From assembly GCA_963796965.1 (NCBI GenBank), contig CAWCNS010000002.1, forward strand, positions 240,289 to 304,288: DNA of 64,000 nucleotides. The letters run 5' to 3'. The position numbers and the translations under genes are program-made. The notes beneath the pieces were generated by a model, which ran no database searches, was not told where the DNA came from, and was given only the letters and a program-made list of their open reading frames with translations. Within the stretch, counting starts at the first letter, position 1, and the number at the start of each line of letters is the position of its first letter. The DNA comes from Calditrichia bacterium (lineage in GTDB: Bacteria; Calditrichota; Calditrichia; JAJRVZ01). This document shows, piece by piece, positions 47,053 to 57,243 of the stretch.

Positions 47053-47624
47053 ATGAGAGTAAAAACAATTATCAGTTTGTTAACCGTAGTTATGCTGGCC
47101 ATTTTTTTGGCAGGTTGTGATGACGTACCTCAACAGGAAATTAATGATGCAAATGCCGCTTTGGATGCCGCAAAAAAGGCAGGTGCTGATAAGTATGTTC
47201 CTGAAAAGTTTAATGCCGCGAAACAGGCTTTGGACAAAGCAATGGCATTAGTTAAAGAAGAAGAATCCGCTATGTTTGGTAATTTTGATGAGGCACGAAA
47301 CTTGTTAACAGCAGCAAAAGCAGCTGCCGAAGATGCAACAAAAGCGGTTGCTGCAAAAAAAGAACAGGTAAAGGGAGAAGCTGAAGCATTATTAGGTCAG
47401 ATCCCTGATCAGGTGAAAGCCGCACAGAATGCCTGGAGAAAAGCGCCACGAGGCAAAGGAACAAGTGATGCTTTACAACAAATGAAAGCTGAAATTGAAC
47501 AAGCTGAAGCACAACAGGCTGAAGTCAATACTGCAATAGAGAATGGTGATTATTTGATGGCTAAACAAAAAGCACAATCGATTTCAAAAAACTTCAATCG
47601 CTACAGTCAGAATTACAGCGCTAA
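47053..47624 (+). CDS. DUF4398-like coiled-coil lipoprotein (likely true end 47624 after correcting an A-run)
   Basis: FLAGC lipobox; AKKAGADKYVP; restoring one A at about 47590 gives KKLQSLQSELQR followed by two stops. Confidence 0.7.
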
Positions 47625-47728
47625 TAGTAAATTAGGGCATCCTATTTCTAAGAATAAATCCTCGATCAGATCTGCGATACGGCTTAGCTGCTCGGGGATT
47701 TATTCTTTAATCAAACTCTGAATTTGTA

Positions 47729-48415
47729 ATGAAGAATTTAAGTCATAAAAATAAAAAATGGATATCATACTTTATAGGGCTGATTAGTGGTCTTATAATT
47801 TTGTTGTCCTACCCCTATACTATTGCACAAGCACCTGTTATGGCAGCAGTAGATGATGGGAATCGAATAAAAGAAAATATACGTCAAAGTGAGATTGAAA
47901 AAATAATTAGCGATTTGCGCATTAAAAAAAACAGGCTACAAAATCTAAAAAATAAATTTCTTAGAAATCAACCGAAAAAACCCTATTTGATCGTCAATAG
48001 CGCGGCAAATAAAATTCAGCTGGTAAAGGCTGGTAAAAGTATTCATGAAGGAAAATGTTCAACAGGTAGTTATATCCTCCTAAAGGCCAGTGGTAAACGT
48101 GAATGGTTATTTCGGACACCCAGGGGTTTGTATCGTGTGACAGTAAAATTGAAAGATCCCTGGTGGTATAAACCTGATTGGGCTTATTTAGAGGAAGACT
48201 TACCCATACCTTCCAAATATTCTGCTAAAAGATACCAACCAGGTGTTCTTGGTGACTATGCTCTCGGCTTTGGAAACGGTTACCTTGTCCATGGCACATT
48301 ATATAAACGATTTTTAGGAATGCCTGTAACTCATGGATGTGTTCGATTAGATGATGCCGATATGAAACTAGTTTTTAAATCTCTTAACCATGGGTCCAGA
48401 ATTTACATTTATTAG
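47729..48415 (+). CDS. L,D-transpeptidase (YkuD family)
   Basis: STG, TPRG, YLVHGT...THGCVRL. Confidence 0.9.
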   Translation: MKNLSHKNKKWISYFIGLISGLIILLSYPYTIAQAPVMAAVDDGNRIKENIRQSEIEKIISDLRIKKNRLQNLKNKFLRNQPKKPYLIVNSAANKIQLVKAGKSIHEGKCSTGSYILLKASGKREWLFRTPRGLYRVTVKLKDPWWYKPDWAYLEEDLPIPSKYSAKRYQPGVLGDYALGFGNGYLVHGTLYKRFLGMPVTHGCVRLDDADMKLVFKSLNHGSRIYIY

Positions 48416-48453
48416 ACCTTCTCTTTCTATTCTCATGCCATAGGTTCCCCGGA

Positions 48454-49224
48454 ATGAAATCATTCTTTTTCAGATTATTTCTGATAATATTCCTCGCAAT
48501 TCCAATATATCTTTACCGGGACTATTTTTTAAAATTAGAAGTGTTTCCGGGAAGAGATACCATGAAGAAGTCACAAACCTTTCATAATGATGATCCCTAC
48601 TTGAACTCTCTAAAAAACAAATTAACGGATCTGGAATTAAACGAAATATTTTGGAAGCAGAGAATTAAAACAAAGATTCCAGACGCATATACATTGGTAA
48701 TAAGCCTTTTGGATAGTTCTGTATGGCTGGATATCAATGGCGTCAGTATACATAAATCTAATATTATATCTTTTCAAATTAGCGATGATCTGAAATTAAA
48801 ACGTGAATCAGCCGAAATCAGTTCCTGGTTAATAAAATCATTTTATGTGGTAGAAGAATGGGCAACAGTACCCAAGGAACCTATAAGGACAAAGGACATA
48901 ACAGGTACACGAAATGATTTGGATAGTCTTGACTTTAGACCTTTCTCGTTAGATTCCACTGACATTATGGTTGTTTTGATGTATTCGGAAAATCTAAGAA
49001 TTGGACTTAAACAAGGCGGATTGCATTCAGATAACCCCATATTGCTTGAGAAACAGGAAATCAAAAAGCATGGATCTGAAACGATACTCACACCAACAGA
49101 TATTAAGATGTCCTACAACAATCTATTACAGGAGGAATGGATTAGTATTGAGATCCCGCGTCTTGATGTCATTGCAATCTATCGGGCACTAAAAATAAAA
49201 TCACAGTTGATTATAGGACTATAA
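48454..49224 (+). CDS. Membrane-anchored hypothetical protein, possibly a degenerate YkuD fold
   Basis: N-terminal TM, YTLVISLLDS strand, C-terminal IEIPRLDVIAIYRAL; no Cys anywhere. Confidence 0.55.
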   Translation: MKSFFFRLFLIIFLAIPIYLYRDYFLKLEVFPGRDTMKKSQTFHNDDPYLNSLKNKLTDLELNEIFWKQRIKTKIPDAYTLVISLLDSSVWLDINGVSIHKSNIISFQISDDLKLKRESAEISSWLIKSFYVVEEWATVPKEPIRTKDITGTRNDLDSLDFRPFSLDSTDIMVVLMYSENLRIGLKQGGLHSDNPILLEKQEIKKHGSETILTPTDIKMSYNNLLQEEWISIEIPRLDVIAIYRALKIKSQLIIGL

Positions 49225-49260
49225 TCAACAATTTTTTGATTGGAGCAATTAGATTTATAT

Positions 49261-50319
49261 TTATTCTCCTGTATAATTTCTTGGCAGGAGGTCGCCAACA
49301 GCCTGTGTTGCCCAACTCCCATAAATTTCATAGGGATTATCTTCCTCAGGATAACCAAATTCATCAAGAGTAATATTTTTATGATTCAATCCAATCCATG
49401 ATGTCTCTGATTTTTTGTATACCACAAACAACCATTTATCAAAGTGTAGTCTTTTTTCTGCGCCCATTAAACCATCGCTAATATAATCTTCATATTCTAC
49501 CAGAGTATGATGCCAGCGCTGTTGCGGAACTTTCTGACCACTTACCTCAACTTTGTATATATCATATTCTTCTTCCTCTAATTCGCCATACATAAAACTT
49601 CTGAGGAAGTGATAGAGCGAACCCTGATAGGCTTTTTTCCGGTTCTGCTGCCATTCAAGGACCTGATCGGATTTTTCTGACTTTAACTCAGAGAATTTAG
49701 GCTTAATGGCCCATGTCCACTTTCTTTGATCATAATTATACATGTAGTTCACCAAAACACAATCAATACGATAGCCTAATGCTTTGTTGATAATAATCAG
49801 GGGTCTGTCAACCGACGCCATAAAAAAAGTGTCATTGGGTTCTTTGAACTCTAGATATATTTCATTCTCAATAACACATTCCTGTGCAAAAAAAGATTGA
49901 CCTATAAAGTGTTTTTTGAAAAATTCCAACTGATCATACCATTCGGTTGGAATTGTACCTTCAACAAGGGTTGGATCTGTTTCGTAAATGATCGGTTTGA
50001 GATTAAATTTCATTTTCAGTTGTGATTCTTTCTTGATTAGTACTTTTTTTGACTGGTATTGATAACCAACAATCGTTACAACCAGTTCGTGCATACCAGG
50101 TGGGATTTGCCTTATCCGAAAATATCCTTCTTTGTTTGTCGACGACCCCCATGTTGTATTCGAGACATATACGTTCACATCTTCGATTGGTTCACCATTT
50201 GATTTGTCATAGATGTATCCAGAAATACTGTTTTTACTTTCCTGGGGAAATACCACACCCGTATTAACTAAAATTGTTAAAATAATGATACCACCGGCAT
50301 AAATTAATTGTTTTTTCAT
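49261..50319 (-). CDS. Secreted protein with carboxypeptidase-regulatory-like (CarboxypepD_reg) domain
   Basis: ISGYIYDKSNGEPIEDVNV...STNKEGYFRI...GY; AYQGSLYHFLRS. Confidence 0.8.
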   Translation of the reverse strand: MKKQLIYAGGIIILTILVNTGVVFPQESKNSISGYIYDKSNGEPIEDVNVYVSNTTWGSSTNKEGYFRIRQIPPGMHELVVTIVGYQYQSKKVLIKKESQLKMKFNLKPIIYETDPTLVEGTIPTEWYDQLEFFKKHFIGQSFFAQECVIENEIYLEFKEPNDTFFMASVDRPLIIINKALGYRIDCVLVNYMYNYDQRKWTWAIKPKFSELKSEKSDQVLEWQQNRKKAYQGSLYHFLRSFMYGELEEEEYDIYKVEVSGQKVPQQRWHHTLVEYEDYISDGLMGAEKRLHFDKWLFVVYKKSETSWIGLNHKNITLDEFGYPEEDNPYEIYGSWATQAVGDLLPRNYTGE

Positions 50320-50681
50320 ATCATCCTCATATAATCTATTCAAAGGGAACTATCTCTCATATGCTCATCATCTCGGACTATTTTGAACCAATTGTGTGAG
50401 ATCGGCACATAGACGTTTTTTACATTAGCCGATATGCCAATAGAGATATATGGGTTTAGCCTGAAAAGAACTATCCAGGATAGAGATAATTATAAGATTT
50501 GTACGAGAAAATCAAGATATAGTTTTAATTATTTTATTTTGTCATTTGGAGCTAATTTGATCGGTTATTTATTTTTTCCAACTCTTGCAATCAAAGAAAT
50601 AATTTCTGATCTTTCAAAGTCGTTAATTGAATGACTACGACATTAACAATAGATTTACACTTCTGAAGACAGGAAATTGGA

Positions 50682-51581
50682 ATGAAGCGAAGACATTTTA
50701 TAAAAACCGGAACACTTGGTGCTATTGGTAGCAGTATTTTGCCGGCAGTCCTACCAGGCCAGAACCCAAATGGACCAGTGGATGTGGTACGGGTAAATAA
50801 TGGAGAACCCGTTCAACTCCTCACAGCTGCATTAGCAGCTCTCGGTGGTATGAAAAATTTTATCTCCTCAGGAGATGTGGTTGTTGTAAAACCAAATATG
50901 GGTTGGGATCGGGCGCCAGAATATGCTGCCAATACAAATCCAGAGCTCATGGCAGCAGTCGTTAAATCGTGCTATCAGGCAGGAGCAAAGGAAGTAAAAG
51001 TTTTTGACAGAACCTGTAATAACCCCCGTCGATGCTATAAAAATTCTAAAATTGAAGAATTGGCTAAAGCAGTAGACGCGGAGGTATTTCAAATAAGAAA
51101 AAATAAATTCTCGACTATTAAACTTAAAAACGGACAAGAATTAAAGGAGTGGGACATTTATAAAGACTATCTTGAAGCTGACAAAGTAATAAATGTTCCG
51201 ATTGCAAAACATCACTCTCTTAGTCAAATCACCTTGGGAACAAAAAATCTTATGGGTGTGATGGGTGGAAACCGGGGATCAATTCATTCCGGTTTTGAGA
51301 AAAAACTTGCTGACATAACTTCAGAGATATTACCTGATCTTACCATCATTGATGCGTATCGAATTTTAACAGCGAACGGACCATCCGGAGGAAACCTAGC
51401 TGATGTGAAGCTCCAAAAATCACTCATAGCCAGCAGTTGTATGGTTACAGCTGATGTCACTGCCCTGAAGCTCTTTAATATGCCATTAGCCAATATTGGT
51501 CATATTCACGAAATGGTTAAACGTCGTATTAATAAGTATGATCTCAATAATCTGAATCTAAAAGAAATTAACCTAACCTGA
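50682..51581 (+). CDS. DUF362-family Fe-S protein with Tat signal
   Basis: MKRRHFIK; VVVKPN, ANTNP, INVPIAKHH, KNLMG. Confidence 0.88.
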   Translation: MKRRHFIKTGTLGAIGSSILPAVLPGQNPNGPVDVVRVNNGEPVQLLTAALAALGGMKNFISSGDVVVVKPNMGWDRAPEYAANTNPELMAAVVKSCYQAGAKEVKVFDRTCNNPRRCYKNSKIEELAKAVDAEVFQIRKNKFSTIKLKNGQELKEWDIYKDYLEADKVINVPIAKHHSLSQITLGTKNLMGVMGGNRGSIHSGFEKKLADITSEILPDLTIIDAYRILTANGPSGGNLADVKLQKSLIASSCMVTADVTALKLFNMPLANIGHIHEMVKRRINKYDLNNLNLKEINLT

Positions 51582-51630
51582 GTATTCTAAGCCACAGTTG
51601 ACATTAAGGTTACTACAAGTATATCGGTAA

Positions 51631-51666
51631 TAGGTAATTAGGTAATTAGGTAATTAGGTAATTAGG
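51631..51666. repeat. Octamer tandem repeat (TAGGTAAT)x4 plus TAGG
   Basis: Read directly; runs into the RBS of the next gene. Confidence 0.9.
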
Positions 51667-51671
51667 ACAAA

Positions 51672-53216
51672 ATGGTCAAGACAAGACGTATAACGCAAAT
51701 AGTATTTTTAGTTTTTTTTATTGTTCTATTTCTAAAAGCACGCTTTCCCTATGATGATGCGTTATCTTCGGATTTGTTTTTACGATTTAGCCCACTCATC
51801 CCCCTTTTTGATTTCATCGAAAACTGGCATATAGATTGGTTGTTTTGGCCTGCTCTATTGATTCTTTTTCTAACGATATTCTTTGGGCGTTTTTTTTGTG
51901 GGTGGATCTGCCCTCTCGGGACAACAATAGATATCTCAAGTAAAATTCTTAACTCCCCTTCAAATAAGTTGTCACGAAAATTTGATCGGTTACGGTATCT
52001 TAAGTTCGGTATATTAATTGCGACAGTTATTCTGGCATTTTTCTCAATCAATTTGTGGAGTGATTTTGATCCCTTGTCAATTTTTAACCGGGCCCTTACA
52101 GTAACACTCTATCCCCTGGGAACAATTTTGGCTGAATCCGGGCTTCTTAAGGCGACTGAGGTATCTTTCCTGGAAGATTTTGCATATTGGTTCTATGACT
52201 GGTATAAAGAAATAATCATGCCCGAGGACCAGGCATTTTTGCAGCAATTATTTTGGATCACATTATTTTTCCTTCTAATTCTGGGTACTGAAAAACTTTC
52301 ACGCCGATTTTGGTGTCGCTACCTATGTCCTGCTGGAGCCTGGCTTGGTTTTCTTTCCCAATTTCGATTGTATGAAAGGATTGTAGGAAAATCCTGTCCT
52401 GTCTGTAATAAATGTCAGGTAGAATGTAAAATGAATGCCATTCCTGAAATGGATGTTGCCCAAACAAGCAAGATTGAATGCATAGAATGTTTTAATTGCG
52501 GCGCCCTCTGCCCCCCTAAAGGTAAATCTATCACTTATCGATGGCGCTGGAAACCCTACCATACACCCGTGGATGTATCCCGCCGACAGTTTGTTACGAC
52601 AACGGCTGCAAGCGCTCTATCGTTAGGGATGCTATCTGTGGGATTAAATAACAGAGATAATAAAGAGCGGATGATCCGTCCTCCGGGTTCTTTGCCTGAG
52701 GATGAGTTTCTGAATCGCTGCATTCGTTGTTTGGAATGTGTTCGAATTTGTGCCTCAAATGGCGGTTGTTTGCAACCGGATAGCATTCATAACAATGTTT
52801 TGGAATTATGGACCCCGGTAGCCATCATGCGCCAGGGATATTGTGAGTACAATTGTAATCTTTGTGGACAGGTCTGCCCTACAGAAGCGATTTTACCGCT
52901 TCCACTCGAACAAAAAAAGCATACCCCCATGGGATTAGCCTACTTCGACAAAAATCTCTGTATTCCCTATGCTCAAAATAAAGATTGTATTGTTTGTGAG
53001 GAGCATTGCCCAACACCTGATAAGGCAATTAAGTTTGAGATTAAAGAAGTATTGCTAGCGGATGGTTCAATAAAGATGGTAAAATATCCCTTTGTAATCA
53101 AAGAACTTTGTATTGGATGCGGAATTTGTGAGGATAAATGCCCCCTACCAGGTGCACCCGGTATCTTTGTTAATACTGACAATGAAAAACGTTTAACTAA
53201 AAATGATCTTGCCTAA
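51672..53216 (+). CDS. Membrane polyferredoxin (NapH/MauN-like fused to NapG/MauM-like)
   Basis: GRFFCGWICPLG, RFWCRYLCPAG, multiple CxxCxxCxxxC motifs, internal SRRQFV, IRPPGS. Confidence 0.88.
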   Translation: MVKTRRITQIVFLVFFIVLFLKARFPYDDALSSDLFLRFSPLIPLFDFIENWHIDWLFWPALLILFLTIFFGRFFCGWICPLGTTIDISSKILNSPSNKLSRKFDRLRYLKFGILIATVILAFFSINLWSDFDPLSIFNRALTVTLYPLGTILAESGLLKATEVSFLEDFAYWFYDWYKEIIMPEDQAFLQQLFWITLFFLLILGTEKLSRRFWCRYLCPAGAWLGFLSQFRLYERIVGKSCPVCNKCQVECKMNAIPEMDVAQTSKIECIECFNCGALCPPKGKSITYRWRWKPYHTPVDVSRRQFVTTTAASALSLGMLSVGLNNRDNKERMIRPPGSLPEDEFLNRCIRCLECVRICASNGGCLQPDSIHNNVLELWTPVAIMRQGYCEYNCNLCGQVCPTEAILPLPLEQKKHTPMGLAYFDKNLCIPYAQNKDCIVCEEHCPTPDKAIKFEIKEVLLADGSIKMVKYPFVIKELCIGCGICEDKCPLPGAPGIFVNTDNEKRLTKNDLA

Positions 53217-53230
53217 AAAATAATTCTATT

Positions 53231-53406
53231 TCACGCAAAGACGCTAAGTCGCAAAGAAATTAATTTGATATCGATTTCTCAGCACATGTTATCCTAGAAG
53301 GATCTTCCTGGGTGATATTATATCTTTCATGAAGAGGATTCTTTCAGAATGACAAATGAATATATAAATAAAGTAAGAACCTTGGCGGCTTAGCGTCTTT
53401 GCGTGA
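53231..53406. repeat. Nested inverted-repeat element (18-bp perfect outer arms)
   Basis: tcacgcaaagacgctaag (53231-53248) / cttagcgtctttgcgtga (53389-53406). Confidence 0.85.
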
Positions 53407-53479
53407 GATATTTGGTTTTCTCCGTTATAGACCCTGAAATAAATTCAAGGTGACCTTAAAACCTTTTTTTCATTATAGT

Positions 53480-54539
53480 TTAGATTACCGCACTCTCCAG
53501 AATTTTCAGCCTACCCTTATCAGCATCGAGTTCAGATTCAACACCAATAGGAAGTGTAGGTTTGTCAGCTGATATGACCTAAAGATAAACCAATACAACA
53601 GGGAATTTTATATTTTGAGAGGCGATCTGAAATGATCTCCTCTTTACTGATGGTATTGTAATATCCTGGATTATGGTCATCCGGATGCACTGATTTCATT
53701 CTGTCAAGTACGATACCTTTACATTGTTCCAGTTTGCCAGCATTATCTAATTGGGTCAAATAGCGATCAAGAACCTGAGGCTCTTCACCAACTTCCTCAA
53801 TAAAGAGAATTTTATCCCGGGTATCAATTTCATATGGCGTACCCATTGTAGCAGCGATCAGCGTAAGATTCCCGCCGGTAAGTCTGCCCACTCCTTTTCC
53901 TGAGTTTATTGTCCACACCCTGTTGCTGGTCTGCAAATTTGATGAATAGGGAGCATCCTCAATTTCACCAATGGGTATATCCTCGGTTAATGCTTTAAAT
54001 AAATATTTTTTTGTATAGTCGGTAAACGTAGAGACAGCAACCGGGCCATGAAAGGTGATGAGACCCGTCATCTGCTGAATGCCGACAAGTAAAGAAGTTA
54101 TATCGCTATAACCGAGAAATATCTTGGGATTGTTTCTGATTAAATCAAAATCCAGATCCTTTAATAACCGTCCCGAGCCGTAACCACCCCGTATAGATAT
54201 AATGGCCTTCACCTCCGGATCTTTAAACATGGCATGAATGTCATCGAGGCGCTGCTGATCGGTTCCGGCCAAATATCCCCACTTTTCATATACATGTGTA
54301 CCCAGTTTTACATGAAAACCCAAATTTTCCATTTTTTCTTTAGCAGCAATGATAGTTTGGTGGGCTTCAAATAATGGAGAGGCTGGTGTAATCAGACCAA
54401 CCATATCACCCTTTTTTAATTTTGCCGGTTTAATGGGACTTTTTAATTCTGATATGGCCGGGATTCCTCGCTCTGTCCAAATCATGCTTGCAAAACCTGC
54501 AAGACTAATCGATTTTAGAAATTTTCGTCTGTTTTGCAT
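53480..54539 (-). CDS. S66 LD-carboxypeptidase with Tat signal (frameshift at about 53570)
   Basis: NRRKFLK; RGGYG, GYSDIT, GGNL, FIEEVGE, GH; shifted frame gives DKPTLPIG to a stop at 53480. Confidence 0.9.
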
Positions 54540-54966
54540 TCTATTGTACTCCTGGTTTTAATCTGCTATTTTCAAAATCCGTAGACCTATTTACTCTATA
54601 ATATTATATAACATATTATAGAATTTTGTAGATTCTCTCAAATATAATCTGGGTTGTCTTGACTCGCTGTTGAAAAATCTTTCATCTGTCATCAATACAA
54701 ATCATATTTATTGAGTTTTGACTCTGCCGTCATCCTGTAAGGATCTTCCTTTATAATTAGATCTAAAGTGGTACCAGGGAAGATTCCTATCCCAAGACGC
54801 GATCCCGTTTCGGGACGGAATGAGAGAGGTCGGGTTATTTTAATTCCAGAAAAATTTTCACAATTTACTCTGTTTAAATATATATATATATCACGATGTG
54901 GTAAGGACAGCTCTTATCAACATCACAATCCCCAATTTCTGAATACAATAACAGAGAATTTAGAAA

Positions 54967-55647
54967 ATGAGTAGATATAAATTTCCTGTACCTCTTGTCA
55001 AAATCTGTTGTATATCTAGTATTGATGAAGCAAAGATTGCCATTAAACATGGTGCAAATGCTCTCGGTCTTGTATCGGAAATGCCCAGTGGCCCCGGGGT
55101 GATTTCCGAAGAGGAAATTGCAAATATTGCCTCATTTATACCACCCGGCATAACTTCAGTCTTATTGACAAGCAAATCATCAGCCCGGGAAATCATCAAC
55201 CAACATAAATATTGTCGGACCAATGCAATTCAGCTTTGTGATAAATTAGACGCCCATCATCACAGAAAATTACGCCAATTCCTGCCTGGTATATCTTTGA
55301 TACAAGTAATCCACGTTTACGGACAAGAATCGATCGAAGAGGCATTGTATTACGAAAAATTTGTTGATGCTCTTTTACTTGATACAGGCAGCCGTTCTGA
55401 TACTCTAACTGAATTGGGAGGTACGGGGAGAACTCATGACTGGTCTGTCAGCTTTCAAATTCGGGAACAGGTTCGTATACCCATATTTCTTGCCGGGGGG
55501 TTAAACCCAGAAAATGTATCCGCAGCAATCCAGAGTGTAAAACCATTTGCAGTTGACGTTTGTAGTGGTGTGCGTACAGATGGCAAACTAGATGGGAAAA
55601 AAGTAGGATCGTTTATTACCACAGCAAAATCTTCAACTAGTGCATGA
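54967..55647 (+). CDS. trpF: Phosphoribosylanthranilate isomerase family protein
   Basis: VKICCI, LLLDT, GGTGRTHDW, LAGGLNPENV, VDVCSGV. Confidence 0.88.
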   Translation: MSRYKFPVPLVKICCISSIDEAKIAIKHGANALGLVSEMPSGPGVISEEEIANIASFIPPGITSVLLTSKSSAREIINQHKYCRTNAIQLCDKLDAHHHRKLRQFLPGISLIQVIHVYGQESIEEALYYEKFVDALLLDTGSRSDTLTELGGTGRTHDWSVSFQIREQVRIPIFLAGGLNPENVSAAIQSVKPFAVDVCSGVRTDGKLDGKKVGSFITTAKSSTSA

Positions 55648-55677
55648 AGTAGTGGCCGCTCGCGAGCGGCCACTACT
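55648..55677. repeat. Perfect 30-bp palindrome
   Basis: agtagtggccgctcg|cgagcggccactact. Confidence 0.9.
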
Positions 55678-55773
55678 ATCATTGTGATATGATTTTGATT
55701 GATAATGTGTTGACTTTTTCATACACTCTAATGTATTTTCATTAATATTCAATCTCTGTACAAGGCCCCATCT

Positions 55774-57216
55774 ATGTCATCTTCAGTATCATTTATATTA
55801 GACAATCAAATCAGGACCATCGATTTCGAAGGGGATGATCGTTATACCCCCACAACCACTCTTCTCAATTATTTACGCTCTTTGCCTGACCATAAAGGAA
55901 CAAAGGAAGGATGTGCGGAGGGGGATTGTGGGGCATGTACCGTGGTTCTGGCAGAGGCGAATTCTGAAAAAAAACTGATATACAAAGCGGTTGATTCCTG
56001 TCTGATATTTCTACCCATGATACATGGTAAACAGGTTATTACAGTTGAGAATCTGAGATCACCGGAGGGGGTCTTACATCCGGTTCAAAAAGCCCTTGTT
56101 GATGCAAATGGAAGTCAGTGTGGATTTTGTACTCCCGGTATTGTTATGAGTTTATTTGCTCTCTATAAAAGCCATATGACTTCTTCATTTGATGATATTA
56201 AGGAGGCTTTAGCTGGCAATCTCTGTAGATGCACCGGATATCAGCCCATCATAAATGCGGCGCTAAAATTCTGTAATCATTCTCATAGAGATCATTTTTC
56301 TGATTTGGAATCCCGAATTACCAGCATGCTTTCAAATATTAAACACGCCCATTTTACATTTCTGGGAAACGATCAACAGTATTTCCGTCCTGTTTCGATC
56401 AACGAGGCACTTCGTCTCAGAAAAAATTATCCTCATGCCCTTTTGTTAAACGGTGCAACTGATTTAGCATTCGAGAGTAACTAAGAATTATGATGTTTTA
56501 CCCGAACTTCTTGATCTCTCTGCTATCCCGGGGATCAAAGGAATCGCAGATGAAAAGGAAAACAATCATCGGAGCAGGAACGAGCAATGCAAGAGATTAA
56601 GATTTTTGCAGAAAGAAGTTTTCCGGCACTCCATAAAATGCTTATCCGTTTTTGGGTCACTGCAGATCCGAAATCTGGCCACCCTTGGAGGTAATCTTGG
56701 TAGTGCCTCTCCCATTGGAGATAGTGCACCTCTGCTGATAGCCTATAACGCTTCTGTGATATTAAGATCCCTCACCGGTACCCGGACGATTAGTACGAAT
56801 GATTTGATTAAAGGATACCGAAAAATCAATTACCATGCTGATGAGATTATTGCTGCCATTGAAATCCCCTCAGTAAAACCTGAAAGCCAGATTCATTTTT
56901 ATAAGATTTCAAAACGCAGAGATTTAGATATCGCCACCGTGAGCGGGGGATTCAGAGTTAATCTAAATTTCCTAGAGGAAAAGTTGAAGATATAATTTTG
57001 GCATTTGGGGGCATGGCTGAAATGACAAAACAAGCGACTAACGTTGAAAAGTTTCTTATGAATCAACAATGGGAAAGAGATACAATCGAAAGATGTTTTC
57101 CTCTGATTGATCAATCATTTAAACCCATAACTGATGCCCGATCCTCCGCACAAGGTCGAAGATTGGCGGCAAGAAATTTACTCATGAAATTTTGGCAGGA
57201 TACAAAAACAGGATAA
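55774..57216 (+). CDS. xdhA: Xanthine dehydrogenase small (Fe-S/FAD) subunit (several frameshifts)
   Basis: GTKEGCAEGDCGACTV, SQCGFCTPG, GNLCRCTGY, GATD, FGSLQIRNLATLGGN, YKISKRRDLDI, AFGGMA. Confidence 0.9.
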
Positions 57217-57243
57217 CTAAATGACGGATATGGATAAAAAAAG

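Noticed and set aside
47590..47721. C-terminal extension of the lipoprotein in the ORF track
   Set aside because: The composition breaks from the coiled-coil pattern and the extension runs through a hairpin. Adding one A gives a helical end and tandem stops from 47622.
50345..50500. Possible riboswitch upstream of the CarboxypepD_reg gene
   Set aside because: Only short 5-7 bp stems were seen, with no recognisable aptamer consensus or expression platform.
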